Below are positions 52,901-62,342 of a stretch of 64,000 nucleotides of DNA, one piece after another. How positions within the stretch are numbered: position 1 is the first letter of the stretch; every line of letters begins with the position of its first letter. The notes under the pieces are model-generated. The model was given only the letters and a program-made list of their open reading frames with translations. It ran no database searches and was not told where the DNA came from. This DNA is from Ascidiella aspersa (Eukaryota). The stretch covers positions 29,140,001 through 29,204,000 of the forward strand of contig OZ004607.1 of assembly GCA_963924565.1 (NCBI GenBank), given 5' to 3'. Made by a program: the position numbers and the translations under genes.

Positions 52901-55900
52901 CACACCAGTACCATCCAGTGGAACACCAGTTGCATCCAGCGGCACACCAGTGCCATCCAGCGGCACACCAGTTGCATCCAGCGGCACATCAGTACCATCC
53001 AGTGGCACACCAGTGACGTCCACCGGCACACCAGTACCATCCAGCGGAACACCAGTTACACCCAGTGGCACACCAGGACCATCCAGCGGCACAGCAGTTG
53101 CATCTAGCGGCACACCAGTACCATCCAGCGGAACACCAGTTGCATCCACCAGCACATCAGTACCATCCACCGGCACATCAGTACCATCCAGCGGCACACC
53201 AGTTGCATCCAGCGGCACATCAGTACCATCCAGCGGAACACCAGTTGCATCCACCAGCACATCAGTACAATCAACCGGCACATCAGTACCATCCAGCGGC
53301 ACACCAGTTGCATCCAGCGGCACATCAGTACCATCCAGTGGCGCACCAGTGCCGTCAACCGGCACGCCAGTACCGTCCAGCGGAACACCAGTTGCATCCA
53401 GCGGCACACCAGTTGCATCCAGCGGCACACCAATACCATTCAGCAGCACACCAGTTGCATCCAGCGGTCCATCAGTACCATCCAGTGACACACCAGTGCC
53501 GTCCACCGGAACACCAGTACCATCCACCGGCACACCAGTTGCATCCAGCGGCACACCAGTGCCGTCCACCGGCACATCAGTACCATCCAGCGGAACACCA
53601 GTTGCATCCAGTGGCACACCAGTACCATCCAGCGGAACACCAGTTGCATCCAGTGGCAAACCAGTACCATCCAGCGGAACACCAGTTGCATCAAGTGGCA
53701 CACCAGTACCATCCAGCGGAACACCAGTTACATCCAGTGGCACACCAGTTGCATCCAGCGGAACACCAGTTGCATCCAGTGGCACACCAGTACAATCCAG
53801 CGGAACACCAGTGCCATCCAGCGGAACACCTGTTGCATCCAGCGGCACACCAGTACCATCCAGTGGCACACCAGTGCCGTCCACCGGCACACCAGTACGA
53901 TCCAGCGGCTCACCAGTTGACTCCACAGCGTCGTCAATTCCCTTGTCCTCAACCACAGTTGCAGTTAATCCCACGTCGGTTAGCGAACAAACAGAAACGA
54001 CAACGGTTACAACGCCAATATCAGTGACAACTTACATGGTAGACAGCACGCCAGAAACACTTGCTACAACTCAAGTAACCTCACCTAGCATAGACGCAAG
54101 CGTTGCAACGCATGTTTCCACAACAATGCAGGCTACACAAGCCGAAACAACTCCTGATGCTAATGCCGCAACACACACCCGTTCTTCGACGACTGCAACC
54201 CAAGTAGTCACAGTTACGACAGTGGCAGCCGGGACCACCCCCGAGACCCAGCCACCTACCACTGCTCCCCCCAAACCGTTGCAAACGGAAGTGATGAACA
54301 TAGCTCCTGACACTGTTTGCGTAAAAGTTAAGCACGAGTCGGTAAGTTGCTGTGTTTATAAAAATATATGAGAAATTATAACTGGCAACAGCATTACAGC
54401 CACATATATATAAAATTGCGATTTTGCCGGATAAAACACCTAGTAAAAACTATGTTCGCTTATTTCAAGAATGTGGATGCTTACCTTATCTCAATTGACC
54501 AATCGTCACAACCTTCGGATCAAGGATTTTCAGAGAACTTTGCAGAAGTCAAGGCCATGTATCCCAATACATATAAGTGTTTCTTTGACACTATACCGGG
54601 TAAGTCGTGCTAACATTTTAGGGTATGGGGTAAAGTAATTGTGCGCCATGAATTTTATCAAAACATCAACAAATTAGATTTAATAAAGCAAACTGTATTA
54701 AAATATCTATTTTTCCTAATTTATCCATGTTTTGACATTTTTCTCCGAACAATCTCCAGTTTTTATATTCTTTAGATCAAAAGTACGTTGCCACAGTGAT
54801 TCCTAAAGAGAAGGGTACGACGGCCGGAAAGCCCAAAGATATCAACTTCACCACTGAGAGTACGAACAAAACTTGCTATACTGCTACTGTTTTATATTTG
54901 ACATAATGCTATTCAATCGTTAACTCGAGGTTTAAGTGACTAAGGTGCAATTTGTATTAGTTATGAATTATTACACCAATATTCATATGCGTTTCTAAAT
55001 TGATGGAATACCTAATATGCATTTAGGTAATCCGCCACCAACTGCAACACCTTCCAGCTACAAACAAACCAACGAAACGAAAAAGTGGCAAAAGGATTAT
55101 AACCAGTGGAAGTAAGAAATCTAAACATTATAAATTCAGTATAACAACACAAAAGCCTATATAAGTTAAAGCGAGCAATTACCTTAGTACTATAGTTTTA
55201 TATGGCGTCAAAAATAACCCATATATAGTCCTCTAGTTTAATCCCCATTTGCCTGTTACTTCCGCGGTTCATCATACTTATATCAAATATTCCCGTTTAT
55301 AAGTCAGCGAAAATCCAACGAAAATTATTTGGCGATATTATGTAAACTGCTCTTGAGAAAAATTTAAATGAATCGATTTTAAATATTAGGAAATCGAATG
55401 TGTTTTTGGCGTAGCTATATTCTCCGGCTGTCCCTATGTTTTTCGGATCTGAATTTATAGCTGTTATTTTTTGCGCAGAAACGACACAGTCAACAAATGG
55501 TTCAAGATGGCGTCGGACTACATGAACGCATTTGGATCCAAACTGCCCGGAATCACGCCGGATCCTGAGCAATGCCCGCAACCTTATAAGCCAACGTGCA
55601 GTGTTACGCCGAGGCCGTTCGTCGACTACAACGGTTGCCTGTTTTTGATTTGCGACTCGCCTAAGCAAGGTAAGGATGTTTTGCGTTGGATTTTCAAAGC
55701 TAACGTGTGCAACGTTAAAAGCAAAGCTAGAAGGAGTTAGAATATTTTTTGATTTTTTTGAGAAAAAATGAGTGAAACTGTACTTAAAGCGCCATCGAGA
55801 AAAAAATAGACATGTTACAAATGTAAGTTGTAGAATGTTTTAGCATAACGGAGCACAGTATGAAACATGTATTTTTTCTCTCGATAATTATTCATTTTTT

Positions 55901-56288
55901 GTTTGAATTTTACTAGAGTGGCACATTTCAATTAAACTCGTCTTTGTAAAAATTAAACTTTGTAAAATAAAAGAGGCGCGTCGGCAGACATTTTCGCGTA
56001 ACAGGATTTATGCGTCACTGACGTACAGTCTTGCTTTGGTAACACATATAACCGAAACCTAACAAGACTTTATTTTACCTATACAAATGTTATAACTTGC
56101 TTGTCAACTGATTAGGCAAAGTGTTTGAAAATCCACATACCGGTGTTTTTTTACCTATAGGAGATTTCACGCCGAGCGACGTGGCTAACTGGGAAAAGGA
56201 GTACGCCACCTACACGGAATACCTGCTGCCGCAATGGCAGAAGCTACTCGCTTCATATTCGGAAGCCTACAGCAACAATAACCCGTAA
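10799..56288 (+). CDS. Giant secreted mosaic mucin/proteoglycan (~4,986 aa, 54 coding exons): SP-CUB-MAM-LDLa-TIL-FN3-FN3-TIL-FN3-LDLa2-TIL-FN3-[LDLa2-Thr]x3-TY4-PT mucin-TY6-CUB-TIL-FN3-S/T mucin-FN3-novel C-terminal domain
   Basis: Manually spliced exons, all GT-AG with compatible phases, total 14,961 nt ending in TAA: 10799-10904, 12675-12817, 13901-14055, 14492-14619, 16084-16188, 16939-17022, 17493-17674, 18457-18550, 19884-20018, 20883-21111, 21739-21968, 22401-22526, 22929-23162, 23543-23647, 24316-24565, 25681-25916, 26574-26696, 27181-27303, 27438-27545, 28068-28362, 28850-29073, 29715-29894, 30226-30333, 30617-30727, 31070-31177, 31541-31693, 31997-32107, 32445-32552, 33344-33496, 33799-33909, 34247-34354, 35148-35285, 36401-36619, 37315-37533, 38173-38385, 38583-38789, 39159-40793, 41739-41963, 42562-42783, 43299-43535, 44587-44817, 45831-46049, 46507-46675, 47322-47512, 48023-48161, 48526-48613, 48768-49188, 49332-49421, 49528-54341, 54470-54599, 54776-54859, 55027-55111, 55479-55669, 56161-56288. 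Confidence 0.85.
12576..12615 (+). ncRNA. Degenerate minimal type I hammerhead ribozyme (Penelope-like element remnant), copy 1
   Basis: TTTGAC-CTGATGA-A-ACACggttGTGC-AAAA-GCTT-GTCGAG. Stem I pairs, but the core GAAA is mutated to AAAA. Part of a ~95-bp repeat also found at 27585-27685. Confidence 0.6.
12675..14619 (+). CDS. Exons 2-4: CUB domain 1
   Basis: [33 protein letters not shown]...[16 protein letters not shown]...YCGN...[19 protein letters not shown], followed by the start of MAM (INCDFE). Confidence 0.9.
15506..15987. mobile_element. Degenerate MITE with GACTT/AAGTC subterminal repeats (related fragments at ~11750-11890, ~20113-20230, ~48255-48330)
   Basis: CAGTGTTG...CAACACTA ends with repeated GACTTGAC motifs. 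The same AAGTCAAGTC motif recurs in the other fragments. Confidence 0.5.
16084..18550 (+). CDS. Exons 5-8: MAM domain
   Basis: [34 protein letters not shown]...[10 protein letters not shown]...[11 protein letters not shown]...[20 protein letters not shown] are the canonical MAM motifs. Confidence 0.95.
19018..19331. mobile_element. hAT-type MITE (same family as 24700-25035)
   Basis: TIR AGGGGTTCTTAAAC / GTTTAAGAACCCCTG; 8-bp TSD GTTTAGCA/GTTCAGCA. The interior aligns with 24700-25035. Confidence 0.8.
19884..30333 (+). CDS. Exons 9-23: LDLa x3, TIL x3 and FN3 x4 with Thr-rich linkers
   Basis: LDLa: [36 protein letters not shown]. 10-Cys TIL: [58 protein letters not shown]3: VSF..V..A.SY.I....V.FSGL.PE..YSVQIF. 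Confidence 0.88.
24700..25035. mobile_element. hAT-type MITE
   Basis: TIR CAGCGGTTCTTCAAC / GTTAAGGAACCCCTG; perfect 8-bp TSD CTTTAAAC. Confidence 0.85.
27585..27685 (+). mobile_element. Short retroposed insertion carrying a minimal type I hammerhead ribozyme (27601-27640), copy 2
   Basis: TTTGAC-CTGATGA-A-GCACgtttGTCC-GAAA-GCTT-GTGAAG, flanked by the 14-bp direct repeat TTTACAATAAATGA (27571-27584, 27686-27699). Confidence 0.75.
30617..35285 (+). CDS. Exons 24-32: three copies of LDLa-LDLa-Thr-rich linker
   Basis: C..(D/N)[29 protein letters not shown] / [34 protein letters not shown] / [17 protein letters not shown]..., each present three times. Confidence 0.9.
32880..33220. mobile_element. 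MITE with AGAGATGTCCGA/TCGGACATCTCT ends, duplicated with the segment (also ~34682-35023; only the right half at ~31260-31416)
   Basis: Inverted ends flanked by TA, with internal ATCGG/CCGAT repeats. Confidence 0.65.
35973..36073 (+). pseudogene. Truncated pseudo-exon copy of the first thyroglobulin-1 exon
   Basis: Aligns with 36332-36435 including the acceptor TGTGCAG|CCACAC. Cys TGC has become TGA, and similarity stops after ~11 codons. Confidence 0.8.
36401..46049 (+). CDS. Exons 33-42: ten thyroglobulin type-1 repeats interrupted by a ~470-aa Pro/Thr/Glu mucin stretch
   Basis: Each phase-1 exon reads LT.CQ.....P.C...G.(Y/F)...QC......C(W/R/A/N)CV...G..IPG.......(D/N)C. The mucin stretch lies in exon 39159-40793. 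Confidence 0.93.
37838..38094. mobile_element. hAT-type MITE
   Basis: TIR CAGGGCCGGATT / AATCCGGCACTG; 8-bp TSD CACAGGAC/CATAGGAC. Confidence 0.8.
41236..41541 (-). repeat. Cluster of tRNA-like (SINE-type) units: two tandem on the minus strand, one partial on the plus strand
   Basis: Minus strand GTAGCTCAGTT(G/A)GCAGAGCGA.GGTCCCGGTA.G.CC.GAGGT..G.GTTC(G/C)AACC carries A- and B-boxes, at ~41261-41331 and ~41397-41471. The partial plus-strand copy is at ~41496-41541. Confidence 0.7.
43611..44076. mobile_element. hAT (Charlie-like) MITE
   Basis: TIR CAGTGGTTCTCAACC / GGTTGAGAACCACTG; 8-bp TSD CTTTAAAG/CTTTAGAG. Confidence 0.88.
46507..49421 (+). CDS. Exons 43-48: divergent CUB domain 2, 8-Cys TIL, EGSG/Ser-rich linker, FN3
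   Basis: [31 protein letters not shown]...; [53 protein letters not shown]; [15 protein letters not shown]...[13 protein letters not shown]. Confidence 0.82.
49528..54341 (+). CDS. Exon 49: 4.8-kb Ser/Thr/Pro mucin exon
   Basis: Matches the 1601-aa ORF in the track. Acceptor CTTGCAG ends at 49527; donor GTAAGT at 54342. The exon ends with the start of the last FN3. Confidence 0.92.
50080..53920 (+). repeat. Coding 21-bp minisatellite: heptads SSTDAPV, then SSGTPV(P/A)
   Basis: TCATCAACTGACGCACCAGTG units at ~50080-51050, degenerate heptads up to ~52370, then homogeneous TCCAGCGGCACACCAGT(ACCA/TGCA) units at ~52370-53920. Confidence 0.95.
54470..56288 (+). CDS. Exons 50-54: last FN3 and an unrecognised Trp/Tyr-rich C-terminal domain
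   Basis: NVDAYLISI...[20 protein letters not shown]...INFTT, then [27 protein letters not shown] - 4-Cys loop - [32 protein letters not shown]. Confidence 0.8.
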
Positions 56289-56862
56289 CAAACTGCCGCG
56301 TAAATCAAGCGAGGAGAAGGCCCTGGCTCTCAACGAAGAGAAGTTTCGAGTGAATTTCCCACCGAACGGTGTTTTCCCTCAATCGCGCCTTGCTTTTCGC
56401 CGCGCCTTTTTTCGGGCTGATGACTTTTAACTGACGAGCGCCCCCGCTGCTGGCTCGCTGCCTCGTTTTCAGCACTTATCGCTCGTTGTTTATTATGCTT
56501 GCTTACTGCAGTAGCTGGAAAGTTCCTATAATCCTATGTTCCATTTCGCTATATACCCCGTGAAATGCCATTAATGCAGTTTACTGTGGTTGACTAAATA
56601 TAACTCCTAATGGAATTGAATTTGCCTTTTTAAACCGTATAGTTATGACTTGGTAATTCATAAAGGAATTCGTTATAAGCCATACAGATAATGAAAAGTA
56701 GGCCGAAATTACCCGATGTCTACATGAAATATATGGCTAGGTAAAGCTTTGATTTGTAACAGTTAACGACCGGACTTAGTTTTATCTACTTTTAAGTAAG
56801 AAAATTGTCATTAGAGTCGATCCGTTATTATTTCGGTATTATGTTTGAATTGAAGCGCTCAG

Positions 56863-57334
56863 CATAGTTGCCATTTTTTCTTGCAGTAAACATCTAGAAT
56901 CACATCAAATTTATCTAGATTTTTTATAGAGAAATCTAAAAAATAATCTAAAAAGATTTTTGAAAATATTCAGTACCTTTGAACAAAACAATCAACATTG
57001 AAGGCTTAATGCGGTATAAAGTTACAGAAAAGATCTTGCTTGAAGCTTTGAGTCTGTGATTTTCTGCTTTATGAAGCATTTTACTGAACATGACCAGTTA
57101 CTGAAGATTTGATTTTATACCTCATTATTTTTTATAAAATTCGCGAAACTTTTAAACTTTTAAAATTACTGAAATATTTATCGTCGATAGCGATTTTGTC
57201 ACCAACTTAGATTATACAATATTTTTTTGTAATAATCTAAAAAAACATCTAACATCTAGATTGCATTCTCTTACATCTAGAATTAAACCAAAACATCTAA
57301 ATCTAGATTAAAATAATCTAGAATGGCAACTATG
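56863..57334. mobile_element. MITE with 8-bp TSD (hAT- or P-like)
   Basis: TIR CATAGTTGCCATT / AATGGCAACTATG; perfect TSD GCGCTCAG; internal ATCTAGA repeats. Confidence 0.88.
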
Positions 57335-60209
57335 GCGCTCAGCGCGTAAAAACGCATTTCTATCAACACACGGCCGTCGGCAGCCTTTATGTTTAAATGA
57401 TCTCCAAAATAAAATTAAATATGTTAGATAGCAAATAGGAAACAATGCACTTGTACTTAAAACATATATAATTTAAGACGTGGCCCTTGGCTGTTACAAG
57501 TACAGAGTCAGGGGCTTCAGCGTAGTTTAGAAAACATTATCGAGTTATTATATTATTTATATGTCATATAATTTTAAATCGACCTAAAATGTGCAAAGAC
57601 CTTGCTGTGTCTAACGCTGGACTTTTATTCGTTGATTATGTGGTTTTCTAAACATATGTAAAGGCGCAGAAAGTTTAAAAAAATTTTCTGTTCAGTTTTG
57701 CATTATCAGTTTGTCATGAGCCCTTGTGTCTCTTTCGCACTAGTGCACCCGCGGGTGCAACGTGCATAGCCTACCGGTTGAAGAGAACTGAATTACAGTA
57801 CAAAACTAATTGTCGCTTTCCAATTAATTATACACAAAGCTTGTACGACAAATCACACAAAAAATGCTACTTTCGCGAATTCAATAAAAAAAGAAACATA
57901 CGTTGATAAGGCGATAGCTATTGCATAATAACAATAGCAAGTTTTCAAAAAGTTGTTTACTAAGAAATCAATTCACATTTCTCTGCATGGTATTGTTCAA
58001 CAGTTTATCTTTTGTAGAACACGAGATGAAATTCCAAGCAAGTTGTCCTAGTTAATTACAATTTATCATTTACTATTTAAAATACTTAATGGTCGTTCTA
58101 AACTTGGTTTAAAAATAGTTTTCATTCTGCTCATATTTTGATTAATGTAGGGCCTAATCCTATATCCTAAAAATGGAAAGTGCTATAGAGACAAGGAATC
58201 AGTGCGTAATTAGGCCTGCATCTAAAAAAAATACGTAATTCCATCTAAAACAAAAAAATTAAGTAAAAACTATATTTTTAGAATTTAAATTGAAAATACG
58301 GCTTATAAAAGGGTTCACTACAGCAACTTGTAAAGTATATGCAGTTTAAATTTGCATATTTTTGTTGAGTACCGGGCCCAACGAGCAACTACCCCTTTAA
58401 AAAGGTAAGACCTGAAAATAGCGCGACACGCTTTACGCGGTAAGCGTCATTTATTTCGCGGGACTTTTTCAAGCGACTTGCAACTGTGTAATATTGTGAA
58501 CCGATTTATGATTCCGTATTTGCGTTAGATTTGTAATTGGAAAAAAGCAATATAGTATTTAAAAGTAATAAATTATATTAAAAACATTATACTCGTTGTT
58601 GTTAGTGTTTGTGGTCAGCTTAAAACTGCATTGTAGCGATATGGGCGCTGGTCTAGAATCCTAGACCACACAACTATTTGTTCAACGCAAGTTATCGGGG
58701 TGTGGTTTAGCGTTTGGGTTCGGGTTGTTTAAGTATTGTTATTATGTTTATCATATATACCCCTCGCACTTACAATTTTAATAACTTTATTTGGTTACTG
58801 TAAAAAAGTGGTAGTGGACCATTTTTTAGTATTTGACTAAAACTTACTGTTGCGTTGCAGTGGTGTTGCATACATTTCACGTAAACGTATGTCGTTGCGA
58901 TAATAAGGGTGCACAAGCGTTTTACATATAGGGTGCAGTTCAGATTTTTTGGCGGTGTAGTTTGGACTTGTTGGAAAAAACTTGTAGGAGAACTTGCAAT
59001 ACTTTCCTATGTGGTTCAGTGCAACAAAACAGTATCTACATAATAAAAGAGAAAGCTTGTGAGATGTGTGTGGCAAGATGTTCGCCCATTTATTTTACAA
59101 TATATTTGTGTTACATCACAATGGAAATGTTACGTCACACTCAATGCAATTTACAGCATGGTACAATGTTACCAAGATTGTGTTTAAGCATGTATCCCAA
59201 GCCCCAGCGTTAGTTAATTTAATATAGGTATATTGAGAAGTTTTTGTGGACCCCCGGTTGAGAATCACTATTATAAACTATGCTAACAAACATGTGCAAC
59301 GTTCCAAGTAAAGACTTAAGTTTAACAATGCCAAATTTAGGCAGAGTTCGTAAAATATCATGTTTGTTGTCGCAGTAGGTAAAAGATGGTCCAAGTTTAA
59401 TTTACCTGCCGGGAACTTATTGATGCCTGTTTACGCGTAAAATTTAGGTAGAGTTTGCAAATTTACGAATAATTGAATTTTTATTTTTAAGCCGTTTGTT
59501 AGCAATAGTGGGTGAGGCCAAAGCCTAATGACTTCTTACAATGTGTTTACCCATCACGCAATACTTAGCAGAGTTCGCGAAATATTGCGTTTATTGCAGA
59601 AGTTAACAGTAAGCATTTATTTTTTCAATGAGAATTTTTCTCACGTTTAACGCAGTTTAGCACCGGGTTACGTATTTGCTTAAATATGACGCTATCAAGC
59701 AAGTCTACGCAATTGCTGCTGCAACCTAAAGTTTTACGTTGGGAGTTATTCTCAATTGACAAATGTCACAGGTTTACGTTACTTAAAATATGTATTACAT
59801 GTTTAGCCAAATGTTGTGCGCTATAGTTGAATATTTAGTTGTACCATTTCAAAAACATCACACAGCATTGTAGTTTGGTTGCATGTCAGATCCAAGGGGC
59901 GCACGTGCGACTTCTCGAAAAACTTTTTGACGAAAAGGGTAAAACGTTTTTAAACATTTATGAGGCAATAATCTAATTTCATGTGGCCCTTGACGCGGGG
60001 TTCAGGCTTTCCACTAAGATTGCCCGGCAAAACCTACGCCTTACTGTTTTAACCCTACTTAACCTGGGAAACACCGGGTATTTCGTCTAGTTATATATAT
60101 TTTTAATACAACTATTGCATGACAAGGAGTATTTTGTACAACACTTGGGATTTTTTTTCAAAAACTGTATAATTTCTTTTCAAAACTGTTTTTTTGAATG
60201 ACTGTATAC

Positions 60210-60549
60210 TAGGGTTCCTCTTTTTCCCAGATTTTTTCACTCCCGGGAAACTGGATTGAAAAATAAAAATTCCCGGGAATCCCGGGAATCTTGAGGTAAT
60301 TTTTTTTTGTCCTAATTACATCATTAGGATGTTTAAAATTACTTTATATTAGCTCTAAACATTTAATTAAGCTCATTTATGTTCTGTAGTATTGCTTCTG
60401 CAATCTTACAAGACCTTCTCGTATTAAAGGCTGGACCCTTATTTGCTTTTATTTAAAAAACACGCGCAAGCAGGCGCATTTTTATCGGGATCGTTATTTC
60501 GCAGGAAATCCCGGGAATTTCCCATCAACATTCCCGGAGAGGAACCCTA
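60210..60549. mobile_element. hAT-type MITE
   Basis: TIR TAGGGTTCCTCT / AGAGGAACCCTA; perfect 8-bp TSD CTGTATAC; internal TCCCGGGA repeats. Confidence 0.88.
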
Positions 60550-60865
60550 CTGTATACTAAAAATAGCTATGTCAGTCTAGTATGATTTTATTCCTATTTT
60601 TCATTATTTGTTTTTTGTTTTAATAACAAACAATATCCAGTGAAGGCCCGCCAAGCAGTTTCAAATTAGTTTTACGGAATACTTGCTTTCACCCAAGCCT
60701 TAAATTACACTTCATGTGTTTTTTTTTACCTTTGTAATTTTTTACCATCACAAACCCTTATTATCAAACTGTTTAGGTAAACATTTTACTTGTGGACTTA
60801 CATATAATATTTTAGTTGTGGCCTTATAAGAGGAGTCACTGTATAGCTCACCTTAATGAGGAGCA

Positions 60866-61537
60866 ATGCATCATTCTACTCCCAATTGTCGCAATCCTGT
60901 GGTCAAAGAACCTGACAATAGCGAGTACATGTTCGGCTTTGAGAAAATACTTGCAAACAATAGAGAAAAAGCTTTTTGCCTTGATTATGAAGCATCGCCA
61001 ATCACTAAACCTTCATCCAGAAGAAGGAGAAGTTCTAGATTAACTAATAAAATTTCTGTCAGAGATGCTGACTCCTACGCAAAACCTTGCGATGGATTGC
61101 TTAAGCCCAAGTTTACACAGTCAAACTCCAAAACAAACAAACTTTCTGCCAAAAGTCGTTCAAAAACAGTAATAGTTAAAACGTCACCAGAAAAAGGTGA
61201 CAGCATTCATTTGTTTGGTGAGGGTGATGGATCTCCAACAGTTTATAGAAAAATAAACAAAAAGGCAAGCAAAGATCATGACAAGCATGATGCAGAACTG
61301 TTTGCTGAATGCTCAGTCTTAACAAGTTCTACAAATGTTCTAGGAACCCCGTCAAAGAAAGGCAAAAAACAAACAGTGCACACGAGAAAAACTAAAAAAG
61401 AAAGTGAAAATTTAAACATTAAGAAAACAGTAACAAAAACTGCAAAAAATGGTTCATTAAAAAACAGTAAATATACACCTTTTGTGCCTGATATACCTTG
61501 GAAAGAAATAGAAGAACATGAATTGGTAATAGAATAA
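60866..61537 (+). CDS. CDCA5: Sororin (CDCA5)-like cohesin regulator, 223 aa, single coding exon
   Basis: STP...MFGFEKIL...SPI resembles the sororin FGF region. The middle is basic and disordered with several S/T-P sites. The C-terminal WKEIEEHELVIE* fits the sororin C-terminal motif. Acceptor TTTTAG ends at 60815; in-frame TGA at 60857 lies upstream of the ATG. Confidence 0.7.
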   Translation: MHHSTPNCRNPVVKEPDNSEYMFGFEKILANNREKAFCLDYEASPITKPSSRRRRSSRLTNKISVRDADSYAKPCDGLLKPKFTQSNSKTNKLSAKSRSKTVIVKTSPEKGDSIHLFGEGDGSPTVYRKINKKASKDHDKHDAELFAECSVLTSSTNVLGTPSKKGKKQTVHTRKTKKESENLNIKKTVTKTAKNGSLKNSKYTPFVPDIPWKEIEEHELVIE

Positions 61538-62342
61538 GTTTAATGTGTACTTCAAAATTTTAACAACTAAGTATGATTCTAAACATTATTACTTTTAAAA
61601 TACTAACGATCACATTCGTTTTTATTTAAGTTTATACTTTGTTTGTTGGTTTTTTTCATTGTATTCTTTTTTTAGTTTGCATCTTTGTTTTAATATTTGT
61701 TTAAAGCATTTTTTTTTGTTAGACTGTGATTTTCTTTTAAATAGTGAGCACATTTGTTGGTCGTTAGTTGTAAATTTGGTTTCACTAATCGTGCACCATG
61801 TAAGACTTTTTGGTTTTTCTGTTACACCTATTTAATTGATATTATTTTACTGTTACTATTGCATTCCGTTTAAAAAGATTTGTGTTCTCGTACAAAACGT
61901 TAACCTTTGTTTCGGCAAACTAAAACAAACTGTATTTGGACAGTTTTACTGTAAAAGTAAATGCACTCTTACACTTGCATAACTGTTGATTCGGTGGCAT
62001 TATTTGGTGCTGGTGACAAATCCTTAAATTGCTGTTGTTTTGTTGCGTTGTAAATTGCATAGTGTTGCACCCTGGCAGGTGGCCGCCGTATAAACGCGAA
62101 CTTTTCGATTATCCGATTGGTGTTAAGTACCAATAATAACAGCGTCATTATTGCTTATCGTGAATTTCTTGAAACCTTACCTTCGTGACGATTTAAGTTT
62201 TTGTTATTTGATCGTGAATGCAAAAGAAAACGTTTATTTTAGCTCATACTGCTAACCTACTTATTTGTTTACTCACGTCAGTTGAGACGCGTGGATTTGT
62301 TGGTTAAAGAATACATTATCCGTGTTGCCTATTGTTTTAAAT

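Noticed and set aside
50080-53920. Regular short repeats resembling a CRISPR array
   Set aside because: The units are contiguous with no unique spacers, lie in a coding exon, and the DNA is eukaryotic.
51695-53974. 759-aa antisense ORF and the His/Gln-rich or Met/Trp-rich alternative-frame ORFs over exon 49
   Set aside because: Shadows of the stop-poor 21-bp coding repeat. Only the S/T/P frame has matching splice sites and joins the flanking exons.
56410-56470. CTGATGA...CTGACGA in the 3'UTR as a SECIS element, hammerhead or snoRNA
   Set aside because: No in-frame TGA in the gene, no GAAA partner or stems for a hammerhead, and the box spacing is too short for a snoRNA.
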